In this document: positions 25,512 through 36,300 of the stretch, one piece after another
Numbering within the stretch: position 1 is the stretch's first letter
How the letters are laid out: the number at the start of each line of letters is the position of its first letter
IMG/VR virus record: IMGVR_UViG_3300042483_000388
Source: a virus
Lineage: Duplodnaviria > Caudoviricetes
Reading direction: 5' to 3' (one strand)
DNA: 64,000 bases
Translations under genes and position numbers: made by a program
The notes under the pieces: model-generated
The model's input: only the letters and a program-made list of their open reading frames with translations
What the model was told of the DNA's origin: nothing
The model's database searches: none

Positions 25512-27398
25512 ATGGGAGCATTATTAGAATCAGGTCTTGTTGGTAACATAGGGTTAAAACACCTTAAAGTTATCAAAGAAGACACTATTAACAAATGGAA
25601 CAAATTAGGGTTCCTTGATGGACTTAAAGGTCATCTAAAAGAAAATATGGCTCAATTATATGAGAATCAAGCGTCACATTTGATTAACGAAGCAACTGGA
25701 GAAGGTTCTAACGGAGCATTTGAAACTGTTGTTTTCCCAATCGTAAGACGTGTATTCTCTAAATTGTTAGCTAACGACATCGTATCAGTACAAGCAATGA
25801 ACTTACCTATCGGTAAATTGTTCTACTTCGTACCTAAAATCCAAGGATATCAAAATGAATATCAAGGACCAGATGCGACAGGTGGTATTCATTATCCTCC
25901 AGTTGGAGCACCAAATGGACCTGCTAATGGAGCTGGATATGAGCCAACAGGACCATACGCTTACAAGAAAAACCTTTATGATTTATTCTACGAAGGAAAT
26001 GAGGCAGGAATGGATCCACAAGGATTATTTGACTACTCTAAAGGTAAGTGGACCGCAGTTACTGCAACTACAACAATCCAAGCATGGGCTGGTTCAGCAC
26101 TTGTTAACGCAACTATCAACGGAGGTACTCCTGCAGGTGGAACACAAATTCCAGCAGGTAACATAAGAAAAGTTCTTATGAAAATGTGTGGTTTCGCAAA
26201 TTCAGGAGCTGGTAAATTAATCGGACCTGATGGTAACGAAATGGATAGTGAGGCATTTTTGTCTGACTTGAGAATATTCGCATCAACAGGATTATCCGCA
26301 TCTACTACACCTTGTGACGTTCTTAAAAACAGTGCAGGACAATACATTCCTTTATTATTTAGATGTGTTACTCAAATATACGGTAAAGGTCTTGTTAAAT
26401 ATGGTGGTCAACAATCAACAACATTTGCAAACACTAGTACTCAACCTAACGACGCAGGTAATGGTGGTTCTTACTACGATATCTGTGACTCAGATGGTTG
26501 TATCTATTTAGAAGTAGATTTATCTTGTCCAGTATGTGCTGATTGTGACTCAACATCTTTAGATGGTTACACAGGTACTACAATATACTCAGGTGGATCT
26601 GGAACTTCATTTACTGCATTCTTTAGACGATATGCTAACTTAGAATTTGAAGACGAAATTGGTGAGGTTTCTTTTGATTTAGAATCAGTAACTGTTTCTG
26701 TAACTGAAAGAAAACTAAGAGCACAATGGTCTCCTGAATTAGCTCAAGACGTTGCGGCATTCCACAACATCGACGCTGAAGCTGAATTAACAGCATTGTT
26801 ATCTGAACAAGTAGCAGCTGAAATCGACCGTGAGATCCTTCGTGACTTACGTAAAGGTGCGGCATGGAACTTACGTTGGGATTACAACGGATGGAGAAGA
26901 ATTTCTCAAACAACATCTTACACTCAGAAAGACTGGAACCAAACATTAATTACAGCAATCAATCAGTTGTCTGCACAAATTCACAAATCAACTTTGAGAG
27001 GTGGTGCTAACTGGATCGTTGTTTCTTCTGAGGTTTCTGCTATCTTTGACGATTTAGAATACTTCCACGTATCTAACGCGGCTCCTGAGCAAGATCAGTA
27101 TAACATGGGTATTGAAAGAGTTGGTACTCTTGCAGGACGTTACCAAGTTTATCGTGATCCTTACTTCCCAGCAAACCAAGTTTTGATTGGACACAAAGGA
27201 ACATCATTGTTAGACACAGGTTACATCTACGCACCGTATGTACCATTACAATTAACACCTACAATGTACAATCCGTTCAACTTTACTCCGATCAAAGGAA
27301 TAATGACGAGATACGCGAAAAAAATGGTAAATAATCGCTTTTACGGGAGAATTACCGTAGATGGTGTTCGTACATTCGATTTAAGAGAATTGAGATAA
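25512..27398 (+). CDS. major capsid protein (T4 gp23-like)
   Basis: VSVQAMNLPIGKLFY, RKLRAQWSPELAQD, AEIDREI, YAPYVPL, GIMTRYA. Confidence 0.96.
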   Translation: MGALLESGLVGNIGLKHLKVIKEDTINKWNKLGFLDGLKGHLKENMAQLYENQASHLINEATGEGSNGAFETVVFPIVRRVFSKLLANDIVSVQAMNLPIGKLFYFVPKIQGYQNEYQGPDATGGIHYPPVGAPNGPANGAGYEPTGPYAYKKNLYDLFYEGNEAGMDPQGLFDYSKGKWTAVTATTTIQAWAGSALVNATINGGTPAGGTQIPAGNIRKVLMKMCGFANSGAGKLIGPDGNEMDSEAFLSDLRIFASTGLSASTTPCDVLKNSAGQYIPLLFRCVTQIYGKGLVKYGGQQSTTFANTSTQPNDAGNGGSYYDICDSDGCIYLEVDLSCPVCADCDSTSLDGYTGTTIYSGGSGTSFTAFFRRYANLEFEDEIGEVSFDLESVTVSVTERKLRAQWSPELAQDVAAFHNIDAEAELTALLSEQVAAEIDREILRDLRKGAAWNLRWDYNGWRRISQTTSYTQKDWNQTLITAINQLSAQIHKSTLRGGANWIVVSSEVSAIFDDLEYFHVSNAAPEQDQYNMGIERVGTLAGRYQVYRDPYFPANQVLIGHKGTSLLDTGYIYAPYVPLQLTPTMYNPFNFTPIKGIMTRYAKKMVNNRFYGRITVDGVRTFDLRELR

Positions 27399-27420
27399 TC
27401 AAAATCTTAAAGAATACTAC

Positions 27421-27450
27421 AAAAGGGACAAGAAATTGTCCCTTTTTTTT
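27421..27450. terminator. intrinsic terminator after MCP
   Basis: AAAAGGGACAA-GAAA-TTGTCCCTTTTTTT. Confidence 0.85.
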
Positions 27451-27503
27451 ATCTTTTTATCTTAACAATATGTTTTTTGGTAAAATGTGTTATATTTATA
27501 ATT

Positions 27504-28187
27504 ATGAAGAAGATAGAACTAAATAAAGAAGAATTAGATAATATTCTAAAAATGTATAATGAAGAATTATTGGGTACCCATACGATATCCATAAAAACGG
27601 GAATTAGTAAGCCAACGATTAATAGAATTCTTAAAGAAAATAATATTATTTTTAGACCATCAGGTAGAAGAAATATTGGTGGTAAAAAAGTTGCGGATAA
27701 AAAATGGAGAGATTCTAATAAAGAGTATATGTCTAATAAATCCAAAACTTGGTACGAACAAAACAAAGAACATCGTAAAGAATACATTAAAGAATACCAT
27801 AAAAACAATATTGATAAGATTAGAAAAACCAAACGTGATTACGAAAGAAATCGTAAAGCGAGAGACCCCCTCTATAAATTAATCAGTAATTTCAGAACCG
27901 CAATATATCAGGTATTAAAGGAGAGTAATGTGGAAAAGAACAAACACTATTTTGATATACTACAATACACGCCTGAACAACTAATAACACATTTAGAGAA
28001 TAAATTTACAGATAAAATGACGTGGGACAATTACGGTGAGTGGCATGTAGACCATAAATTACCTATAACTCATTTTAATATCTCTGAAATGGGGGATAGT
28101 GAATTTATGAAATGTTGGTCATTAGATAATCTACAACCTATGTGGGGTGATGAAAACATTAAAAAATCTAATAAATTACTTGATTAA
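27504..28187 (+). CDS. HNH-family endonuclease (probable homing endonuclease)
   Basis: WHVDHKLP...NLQPMWGDENIKK; N-terminal HTH-like and basic helical segments; ATG 27504 after late motif. Confidence 0.8.
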   Translation: MKKIELNKEELDNILKMYNEELLGTHTISIKTGISKPTINRILKENNIIFRPSGRRNIGGKKVADKKWRDSNKEYMSNKSKTWYEQNKEHRKEYIKEYHKNNIDKIRKTKRDYERNRKARDPLYKLISNFRTAIYQVLKESNVEKNKHYFDILQYTPEQLITHLENKFTDKMTWDNYGEWHVDHKLPITHFNISEMGDSEFMKCWSLDNLQPMWGDENIKKSNKLLD

Positions 28188-28385
28188 AGTCCTAATTGAT
28201 TTTGATATCACTTCAGATTCACCAATAGTGAACACTCCTTTAGAATGTGCGGATTTAATTGCCTCAATAAGGTAATACAAAGCGTGGTCATGATTCATTG
28301 TTGATAACATCAATTCTAATTGATCCTCATTAATTAAATTTATTGTTCCAAATAGATTACCAAAATTACCTTGTTTTTCTTCCAT
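28176..28385 (-). CDS. small hypothetical protein
   Basis: 69-aa ORF, GNLFGTINL... Confidence 0.7.
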   Translation of the reverse strand: MEEKQGNFGNLFGTINLINEDQLELMLSTMNHDHALYYLIEAIKSAHSKGVFTIGESEVISKSIRTLIK

Positions 28386-28419
28386 TTTATTTTTTCTTTA
28401 TATTTATATAATATAACAT

Positions 28420-29358
28420 ATGAGTAGAATAAGTCAAATAATAAGAAAAGTAATTAAAGAGGCGACAGGAGATAGTTCTGGTGGTAGGGGTTCGTATATT
28501 GCACCATTACAACCAGGGTTAAGACCATTTACTCGTGAATCATTACAACCATTTACCGATGCGGTATCTAAATGGAAAAGCCCGTTAGTACAATACGATA
28601 GTTATGATGGCAGTTGGGATTTAAGATTGGGACAGATTAAGGAGTTAGAAAAGACTGCCTCCAAGATACAAGATTACATCAAACACCACCCATATTCAAC
28701 ATTTTCTGATGACGATGGTAGTATTATTAACCAATATTTCCAAGACTCAAAAAAGGCCCCATATAAAGAAAAAATGGAACCATACACAATCAAAGTTAAT
28801 GAATGGGTAGAAATTAAAAATAAAGATTATGTAAACGAAGTAGATAGTTCATCAACTGCGGGTTTATATAATGCACCATTAGAGGTTGGTAGTTATGAAT
28901 GGGAAAAAAATTACTTATCACCATTCACTGAAAAAGTGGAAAGTGAATTTAATAAAAAATCTTTAGAAAATACTTTGAAAAGAAATATAAAACGTATCGT
29001 AGGTGTTTGGGAAAAAAATAAAAATGGTTCATATTTTAGAGATATAGATTATCCCGACACAATTAATGAAGATCTTGCCGTTTGGTTTGGTAAAAAGAAA
29101 AAACCTAAGGGATCTTCCCAACCAAAAGGACCTTGGGTTGACATTTGTCGTAAAGTTGACGGTAAACATCCTCCCTGTGGACGACAAGATACCTCTAAGG
29201 GTTCATACCCTAAATGTAGGGCGGCTGGAGTTGCCGGTAAAATGAGTGATTCTGCAAAAAGATCTGCTTGTCAACAAAAAAGATCTGCTGAGAAAAAAGA
29301 CACTCAAACAGGGAAAGGTCAAAAACCTATCATGACTAGTTATAAGTCTAAAAAATAA
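28420..29358 (+). CDS. multi-module protein with helical leader and basic Cys-containing C-terminal domain
   Basis: MSRISQIIRKVIKE; C-terminal WVDICRKVDGKHPPCGR...YPKC. Confidence 0.75.
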   Translation: MSRISQIIRKVIKEATGDSSGGRGSYIAPLQPGLRPFTRESLQPFTDAVSKWKSPLVQYDSYDGSWDLRLGQIKELEKTASKIQDYIKHHPYSTFSDDDGSIINQYFQDSKKAPYKEKMEPYTIKVNEWVEIKNKDYVNEVDSSSTAGLYNAPLEVGSYEWEKNYLSPFTEKVESEFNKKSLENTLKRNIKRIVGVWEKNKNGSYFRDIDYPDTINEDLAVWFGKKKKPKGSSQPKGPWVDICRKVDGKHPPCGRQDTSKGSYPKCRAAGVAGKMSDSAKRSACQQKRSAEKKDTQTGKGQKPIMTSYKSKK

Positions 29359-29796
29359 TTATTTCTTATTATCTGTAATCTCATTTAACCGTTTTAATAC
29401 ATGGTCTAATGAGTTTTTAATGTTGGAGCTAACCTCTTTTTCCATTTCAACACGTCTTTTTTCTGTTTCTGTGTCGTATATATAAGTTAATCGTTCCCAA
29501 TCTCTTGAGGATAATTTAACATTATAATTAAACACATGGTTTGTTACCTCAACTCGATAATTATCTAGTGTTACAAATATACCTAACTCATTATTACGAA
29601 TATATCTTTTATTAGACATTGGGGCAATCATAAATTCAGAGTCTAAATTAGATATAAGTTTTAAACAAATTTTAAAACATGTTTTTTCGTAAACACTGAT
29701 TTCTTCCATATATGTTGGGGCAAAGGAAGATCTTTTTGTGAATATGTAAATTTTTACTTTAAGTCTTTTGTAGAATTTTAGAATTGATTTTATCAT
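29359..29796 (-). CDS. hypothetical protein
   Basis: 145 aa; promoter on - strand TAGATTTG 29819-29826/TTTG 29847-29850. Confidence 0.75.
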   Translation of the reverse strand: MIKSILKFYKRLKVKIYIFTKRSSFAPTYMEEISVYEKTCFKICLKLISNLDSEFMIAPMSNKRYIRNNELGIFVTLDNYRVEVTNHVFNYNVKLSSRDWERLTYIYDTETEKRRVEMEKEVSSNIKNSLDHVLKRLNEITDNKK

Positions 29797-29866
29797 TTTT
29801 ATTTAGTTTACGTTTAAACAAATCTAAACATAAATAAACGATTAAACAAAAATTTTTAAAAAAAAA

Positions 29867-30328
29867 TTAACAATAAGAACCTGAACAATGTTTTTTACCA
29901 TCAAGACCTTTGATTTTTCCTTTACATACTTGAACAGCATGTCCATTACTGTAAGCACTTGGGTACACGTCATATTTTGCCTTTGCTGATGCCTTACCTC
30001 TTGCACAAAGAGGTGTGCCTGTTTTTTTTCTACCTTCAGACATTGTCATAACCATGTCATCATCATTCATAGACATTCCATCTTTTTTCGATTCATTCAT
30101 CATGAAATCAAATACTTGATCCATATTGTTTTTGGCTTCTGAAATATGATCTTGAGCCCAATCATGTCCATCATCTAAAATAGATTCAACCATACTACGA
30201 TCAAAATCTAATAACATATCACACTGTCTTTTAATTTGTTCTAAATTAGAAAAGAACATATATCTTTGAGATTTTTCTTCGTGTGTTTCTCTAATAACTT
30301 TTTTTATAATTCTATTTAAATCTCTCAT
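29867..30328 (-). CDS. protein with helical leader and basic C-terminal KYDVYPSAY module
   Basis: MRDLNRIIKKVIRE; LCARGKASAKAKYDVYPSAYSNG. Confidence 0.75.
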   Translation of the reverse strand: MRDLNRIIKKVIRETHEEKSQRYMFFSNLEQIKRQCDMLLDFDRSMVESILDDGHDWAQDHISEAKNNMDQVFDFMMNESKKDGMSMNDDDMVMTMSEGRKKTGTPLCARGKASAKAKYDVYPSAYSNGHAVQVCKGKIKGLDGKKHCSGSYC

Positions 30329-30332
30329 AATA

Positions 30333-30719
30333 CTAACTATTTAATCCGTTACCTCCTAGTGTAACTGCATTCATTTGAATTACCTCAGTACCATCTAAAG
30401 CTGTCCATACTGGATGTGGTGGTTCTACAGATACTGTTGTGGTTCCTCCTGACGTACATATTACAACACATACGTCTTCAGCTGCGTTTGCGTATGTTAC
30501 AACATTAAATATCATACATTCGTAACAACTATCGTAGGTTGTGATTGCGGTATATGGTGGTGCTGGTGCGGGTCCTTGTTGTTCCCCAACAGTTCCACAT
30601 ATTACATCACCTGTTGATGAACTAAATGAGATTACATCACCCTGATTTGGGTGAATTCCGTTATCTTCGACATCAACCTCGGTACCGTTTTGACAAAGAA
30701 ATACACTATATGTTGCCAT
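30333..30719 (-). CDS. Cys-containing putative structural protein
   Basis: 128 aa; late motif ATAAATA 30731-30737. Confidence 0.7.
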   Translation of the reverse strand: MATYSVFLCQNGTEVDVEDNGIHPNQGDVISFSSSTGDVICGTVGEQQGPAPAPPYTAITTYDSCYECMIFNVVTYANAAEDVCVVICTSGGTTTVSVEPPHPVWTALDGTEVIQMNAVTLGGNGLNS

Positions 30720-30742
30720 AATTTTTTATTATAAATATCCTA

Positions 30743-32209
30743 TTATTCTATTTTTTCATTAACAATTTGAAATTTTATTTGTCTTTTGTAAGTATTGACT
30801 TGTCCGGACGTTGTAACTTGTATGTCAATGTAGTATTCGTTAGGTATTTTATCCCTCGTGTCAAAGATAAAGTAGTATTCATTTGGAGTTCTATTTAACT
30901 CAGTCCAATCCTGTACCGCAACTTCAGTTTGACCTTCACGAACATATATACGGTATTTACCATCAATATTTGGTAATTGTTTGTTTGTGGTATAAGCCTC
31001 TTTAATTATAACACCAACTTTTCTAATATCCGAGTTTATTATTTTTTCATTTTGTTTAATTCCGTAATAGTTAAATCCATATTGTGATGGGTCATTTGTG
31101 TTTGTACCAATTTGAATTGATTTCTTAATTGGGTAAATTGTGAACTCATTAATTTGGTTAGGTAAAGAAAACCCATTCAATTTAATGTCAGACCAAGTAT
31201 CGGTAAACATACAAGGGGTTTTATATCCAATAAGTGCCGGTATTGTAATTTCATACACACCTTTTGTCCTTAAACAAGATTGTAAATTTATTAAACCAAC
31301 GATCGGTATTCCAGAAGAATCACTAATTGTTACTTTTGGAGCGTAATCCAAGTTTTTAAAATCACCATCCTCATATATATACAAATATAATTTGTTAACT
31401 TTTCCCAATGAAAAACTATTCCTGTTGTCAAGAATTAGATCGTCATAGGTAGTTTCAAGGTATGGCTCGTAAAACGTCTGTGTGTGTCTTGTAAAGAAAC
31501 CTACGGAGTATGATCCGGTGGTTCCTGTTAAGTTCTCAACACCTGGAAGATAAGCAATCCCCCATCCAACAGGATTTACAATTCCACCAATTAATAAATT
31601 ATTAATTTCTTGTGTCATATCAAACTCAATATTTTCATTACCAAATTCAAAATGTTGTATATCTACTATTGTTAAAGCTGAAAATGGGAACGTCCCTCCG
31701 TTGGTATTATCGTAAATACCCGGTTGTTCCCAATTATCTAATGTTGTCGTTTGGAACCAATTTGATGGTCTAACAGAATATTCTTTATTATACCCCAATT
31801 GTTCGGGAATATTATAATAATCATACCCAACTCCCTCATCCCAATATTGTGGTTGATTAACGTCATAATTTTTTGGTGGAATTCTAAATAAGATTAAATC
31901 AAATGATGTTGCCCTTAATGATCCATCCGGCATGCTTGTATTTAACAAATCTTTACTAAAATATGACGTGTTTGTCATTTTTAAGATGTGTTTCATATTA
32001 TTCCCACATTCTGTTGAAATGACTCCTGTTGATAATTTTTCTTTAAGCAACAGTAAGTCTAAATCAAAAATAAAACGAGAGTAACCGACTGGGGTTGATA
32101 GACCACCATCACCATAATAAAGTTGAACTACGGGATTTCTACCAGTATTTACATAACTATTATAAACAATAGTGTTGTTTCTATTGAAGTAAGAATTATT
32201 AGTTGACAT
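30743..32209 (-). CDS. putative virion structural protein
   Basis: 488 aa, beta-rich; late motif 32223-32229. Confidence 0.65.
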   Translation of the reverse strand: MSTNNSYFNRNNTIVYNSYVNTGRNPVVQLYYGDGGLSTPVGYSRFIFDLDLLLLKEKLSTGVISTECGNNMKHILKMTNTSYFSKDLLNTSMPDGSLRATSFDLILFRIPPKNYDVNQPQYWDEGVGYDYYNIPEQLGYNKEYSVRPSNWFQTTTLDNWEQPGIYDNTNGGTFPFSALTIVDIQHFEFGNENIEFDMTQEINNLLIGGIVNPVGWGIAYLPGVENLTGTTGSYSVGFFTRHTQTFYEPYLETTYDDLILDNRNSFSLGKVNKLYLYIYEDGDFKNLDYAPKVTISDSSGIPIVGLINLQSCLRTKGVYEITIPALIGYKTPCMFTDTWSDIKLNGFSLPNQINEFTIYPIKKSIQIGTNTNDPSQYGFNYYGIKQNEKIINSDIRKVGVIIKEAYTTNKQLPNIDGKYRIYVREGQTEVAVQDWTELNRTPNEYYFIFDTRDKIPNEYYIDIQVTTSGQVNTYKRQIKFQIVNEKIE

Positions 32210-32229
32210 TTATGTTTTTATTATAAATA

Positions 32230-33774
32230 TCAATTAATTCGAATATATTGATTAAGAATTGAATTATCAGCATCTTGTAGGATTTTGTTTATCTGACTCA
32301 ACTCCGTACCATCAACCCCTATTGGGATTGGCGCTTCATTTATATTATGAACATGCGAGGATAAAAACTTAACAATTAGTGTTAATAGTTTCATTAACTC
32401 ATCCCCCCTAACCATAGGATCTGTATTTTGAAGTATGTTATCGGTAAAATACGGTTGATCAATACCATATAAAGTTTCTTTTGGTTCTAAAGTAATTTTA
32501 GATTTTGACGGAATGTCCGATTTGTGAGATAATAAATAAACAAAATCCGCACCTATTGTCCCATAAGAAACTGGTGTTGGGGTGAACACACTTTGTTTTA
32601 AAGTTGAGGTTTCCAATGTTAATTGTTGTCCAATAATATTCTTATCCCAAACAAGAACATTACCAGATTGTTCGTCAGATGGTAACAATTTAATTTTTTT
32701 CTTGAAATTGGCAACCATATTATAATCTGTTGATCCTGATGAATCTAACTTATCTATGTTACCCTTAGAGGGTCTAAAATAGAATGGAAATTGATTTTCA
32801 ATGTTGGTATTGTTTTGTGGTGGGTATTGATCATATCCGTTAATATTGATTTTACCGTCATTAACGCCATTTATAAATTGGTTAATTATTTTAACCCCAT
32901 CATCTAATGTTTTTCCGGTAAATACTAAGGTATATTCTGGCGCTCCCTTATATTGGTCTAATGGTGTGTCCATTTCAATTACGGTTGATTGGGTTTCTGG
33001 TTTTGGTATTAATGAAAATAATTTAACATTACCATCATAAAACGTTGATCCGGTTATACCTCCACCAATAGTATTACCCGTAATTGTGCCCTCATTGGTT
33101 ATTTCCCACTCAATAAGTTTTTTAACTAATTTTGGTTTGTTTGAAAAAAACTTTTTAATAATGGGGTCTAATTCTTTTTTTTCTAAATCAAAGGTTGATA
33201 TCTGTAAGAAACTTCTATTTTGTCTTGGTGTTGGTAGATTAAACCCATCGGTTTGAGTTTCAACATTTTTACCAGATCTTACTAAAACTTCATTTGTTTT
33301 AACAATAACATCTGCGGTGCCTCGACCCAATAACGCATTATCTCCTGGCTCTGGATATATTCCCCTAACTTCAGCTTTCGTTTCAGTACTAATACGATCT
33401 TTTAAATCGTTTGCTTGTTTTAAGAATGAACCACTAGTTAACATAGATTCGGCATTGTGCCAGTCTTCAAAACTATTGTTTTGTGGTCTTGTTATTGGCC
33501 CTTGAATATAGAATTTATTATTATCTACTCTTTGTAGTTTGTTATAATAAAATATGTGGATATATTCATCAATTCTTGGAACCTGACTTATATAATAAGG
33601 TATTAATGGTAAATAAATTAATGGGTCTCTTTGTGTCCAAATATCCTTTTCCTCGTTCCAATCCTGAGGTAGTAAATCGGCCTCAATTTCTGTAACAGGT
33701 ACCGCCCTAACTCTACCCAACATTAATGGGTCTTGATTGTTAACTACGTAACCTTGAAATATTCCTTTACTCAT
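32230..33774 (-). CDS. putative baseplate hub/spike protein (gp5/VgrG OB-fold-like N-terminus)
   Basis: GYVVNNQDPLMLGRVRA at N-terminus; FLSSHVH near C-terminus. Confidence 0.6.
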   Translation of the reverse strand: MSKGIFQGYVVNNQDPLMLGRVRAVPVTEIEADLLPQDWNEEKDIWTQRDPLIYLPLIPYYISQVPRIDEYIHIFYYNKLQRVDNNKFYIQGPITRPQNNSFEDWHNAESMLTSGSFLKQANDLKDRISTETKAEVRGIYPEPGDNALLGRGTADVIVKTNEVLVRSGKNVETQTDGFNLPTPRQNRSFLQISTFDLEKKELDPIIKKFFSNKPKLVKKLIEWEITNEGTITGNTIGGGITGSTFYDGNVKLFSLIPKPETQSTVIEMDTPLDQYKGAPEYTLVFTGKTLDDGVKIINQFINGVNDGKININGYDQYPPQNNTNIENQFPFYFRPSKGNIDKLDSSGSTDYNMVANFKKKIKLLPSDEQSGNVLVWDKNIIGQQLTLETSTLKQSVFTPTPVSYGTIGADFVYLLSHKSDIPSKSKITLEPKETLYGIDQPYFTDNILQNTDPMVRGDELMKLLTLIVKFLSSHVHNINEAPIPIGVDGTELSQINKILQDADNSILNQYIRIN

Positions 33775-34006
33775 TTCCCTTTAATCTAGATGTATATTCT
33801 TTATGTAATAAATTATATGTGTTTTCTAATTTATCTAAATGGTGAGTCAATTTAATAACTGTATTTTTCGCCATTTCAAAATCCTCTTTAATAAAGTCCA
33901 TAGCCAAGGTTAAATCTTTATTAGATCTTTCTTTATGTTCTTTAATTATTTGTAAAATTTCAACTGATTTTACTTTTTTTTCGTTAATACTAAATGAACT
34001 TTCCAT
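33767..34006 (-). CDS. small coiled-coil protein
   Basis: 79-aa ORF. Confidence 0.65.
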   Translation of the reverse strand: MESSFSINEKKVKSVEILQIIKEHKERSNKDLTLAMDFIKEDFEMAKNTVIKLTHHLDKLENTYNLLHKEYTSRLKGNE

Positions 34007-35912
34007 ATGCGTCTTTAGGTATTGTTATTCCCGCAGGAGTAATGGTTAATGGTCCGATACCAATTGCAACTTTTCCATTTTCAGAAATTTCTTTATCATT
34101 ACCATCAATCATTGCTTTTATTGATGCTAAGAACTTATTAGGACTACCATCCGGCATTGGACCTGTTGGGACACCTATTTCTTGTAAATTATTTATCGTA
34201 TTAAGAAATGATCTTGTTGGTGAATATCCATCAAGTAATTTTGATGACAATAACAAAGGTAATGGTAAATCACCGCCAGCGGCATTAATGGCATTTAATT
34301 TGTTCCTAACGGCCAAATTTAATAGTTGTAATAATTCGTCCAAAATACTTTTACATTCTCTAAAATCTTTTACCGTTATGATTAAACCTGAGATTACCCC
34401 AACAATAGATAAAATCATTTGATATTTCTTTTTTATTTTTTCTGTCGAAATATCCCCCAATAAAAGTTTAACTAATAGTTTAATTTCCTTTTTAAGTTCT
34501 TTGAATATCTCTTTGGTAAAAATCGCACCTATCTTACTTACAAATTCAACAAAGAACGATCTAAATAATTTGGCAAAATCTTCCAAATTACTCACTAATT
34601 TAGAAAAAGGCTGGTTCAATAATTCAGCAACAACCATTATTGGTAATACTGTTTTTGGGGAAAGAATTGTACTTATTAATGCCTTTACGAACTGCTCAAA
34701 AAATCCAGTATCTACAGACAATTTAAAAGTATCACTAACCGCAGGATATATAATACCTAAGGCCGCATTTATTTCATTAATATCACTAGTGTCTTCATTA
34801 AATGTTAAATTATCTAACGCAGTTAAAAGAGCCTCAACATTAAGAGGTTCTTTAACCATATCACAATCTTGAAATTCAATAACACCCCTTTTAATATCCG
34901 AAGTTTTTTGTTCTATAATTCTTAAATCTAAATCTGTAAACTCAAAAAATGAATTATCAATATTGTCATTTTCTGAAAGTTTTGATACTCCTGAAACATC
35001 TATCTCTTTATTTGAGTCATAACAAAGACCTAAAATTCTTTGCATAACTAATAATGATTTTTGTAATGACTCTAATTTTAAATTACCATCTCCTCTACCA
35101 AAAGAAATTGCTCCGGTAACATAGTCAGATAAATTAGTAAAAAAAGTCTTATAATCTAAAATATCAACCGTTGAATAGTAGTCATTTAAAAATTCATCAA
35201 TTACTGGTAAATTTTGTCTTGGTTTTAAATCAACTTTAAAAAAACTACCTTGTATTGGTTGTACAGTTATGGGATCAATATAACTTTCCACATAAGTCAT
35301 ATCAAATAAATTTTGAGCTGATTCTCCTATGTAGTTCGCACCGGCCACAGCACTATATGGTTGGTTTAAGTTTTGAGTTCTTTGATATAACTCTCTATTC
35401 ATTGAGAATGGATATTGGTTATATGATATTGGTTTTTTTTCGTAATATAATTTACCTATCCTATCATCAGTTGCCAATTCTAAAGACCCTAATAAATCTA
35501 CAGATTTTACCGGAACATAAACCGTTTGATTAAATGTGTATAATTGAACCCCCTCACAAGAAAGAGCCTTTTTAACTGAATCAATTAATAATGGTTTAAT
35601 TTGTGGTTTTAATGTCTTAAGTGAGTTTATGAATATTCTTTTGATTAACTTATCACTTTCTATTCCAGATCCCTTTAAATCTTTTAGTTGAGTTATTAAT
35701 TCGTCTAAAAAAGTTTTACTATTGGCCGTATGTTTTTTTCTTTTTTTTGTAAAATTAGAGAGTTGGTCAGACAAAAAATCGTTTGACGATTCTTGTGAAC
35801 TTCCGGCTTTTTTCTTTAATTGATCATATTGGGTTTTATACTCCTTATATGATTTATATACGGAAGTTTTATTTGCCGATTTTTTTAATTCTTCATTTAT
35901 ATCAACTGCCAT
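33990..35912 (-). CDS. putative structural protein (baseplate region)
   Basis: 640-aa ORF in operon with hub-like gene. Confidence 0.6.
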   Translation of the reverse strand: MAVDINEELKKSANKTSVYKSYKEYKTQYDQLKKKAGSSQESSNDFLSDQLSNFTKKRKKHTANSKTFLDELITQLKDLKGSGIESDKLIKRIFINSLKTLKPQIKPLLIDSVKKALSCEGVQLYTFNQTVYVPVKSVDLLGSLELATDDRIGKLYYEKKPISYNQYPFSMNRELYQRTQNLNQPYSAVAGANYIGESAQNLFDMTYVESYIDPITVQPIQGSFFKVDLKPRQNLPVIDEFLNDYYSTVDILDYKTFFTNLSDYVTGAISFGRGDGNLKLESLQKSLLVMQRILGLCYDSNKEIDVSGVSKLSENDNIDNSFFEFTDLDLRIIEQKTSDIKRGVIEFQDCDMVKEPLNVEALLTALDNLTFNEDTSDINEINAALGIIYPAVSDTFKLSVDTGFFEQFVKALISTILSPKTVLPIMVVAELLNQPFSKLVSNLEDFAKLFRSFFVEFVSKIGAIFTKEIFKELKKEIKLLVKLLLGDISTEKIKKKYQMILSIVGVISGLIITVKDFRECKSILDELLQLLNLAVRNKLNAINAAGGDLPLPLLLSSKLLDGYSPTRSFLNTINNLQEIGVPTGPMPDGSPNKFLASIKAMIDGNDKEISENGKVAIGIGPLTITPAGITIPKDAYGKFI

Positions 35913-35917
35913 ACAAC

Positions 35918-36289
35918 TTATTTTTTCATTTTATATGTGTTGTCCCCACTAGCGTCTTTTCTAATTAAATTTTGAATTGTTTCATCATCCATCTCAAGGT
36001 CTGAAAGGTTAAAATCTTCTTCTTTTTCGGTATTTTTCTGCCACATCTGTGATTGTAGTTTAGAAAGAGTCAATTTTTTATCAACACAATCATTTATTAT
36101 TTTTTGTTGTTTCTCAATCACAGGACCAATAAGAGTCATATCTTCAGGTTCTTTCATCATTGTCAACATTTTGTTTTGAATTCTAATTGCAGTATTCCTT
36201 TGTTCCACAAGCTCATTGTAGATTTCCTGCATTAAGGATAACATTGATTCTTTACTGAGATTTATTTCTTTCTTACGTGGTCTTGACAT
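35918..36289 (-). CDS. hypothetical helical protein
   Basis: 123 aa; late motif 36294-36300. Confidence 0.7.
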   Translation of the reverse strand: MSRPRKKEINLSKESMLSLMQEIYNELVEQRNTAIRIQNKMLTMMKEPEDMTLIGPVIEKQQKIINDCVDKKLTLSKLQSQMWQKNTEKEEDFNLSDLEMDDETIQNLIRKDASGDNTYKMKK

Positions 36290-36300
36290 ATATATAAATA

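Noticed and set aside
17409-27398. Inteins or introns in terminase, portal or MCP
   Set aside because: ORFs are continuous, with no C-x...HN-[CST] splice junctions or LAGLIDADG inserts visible
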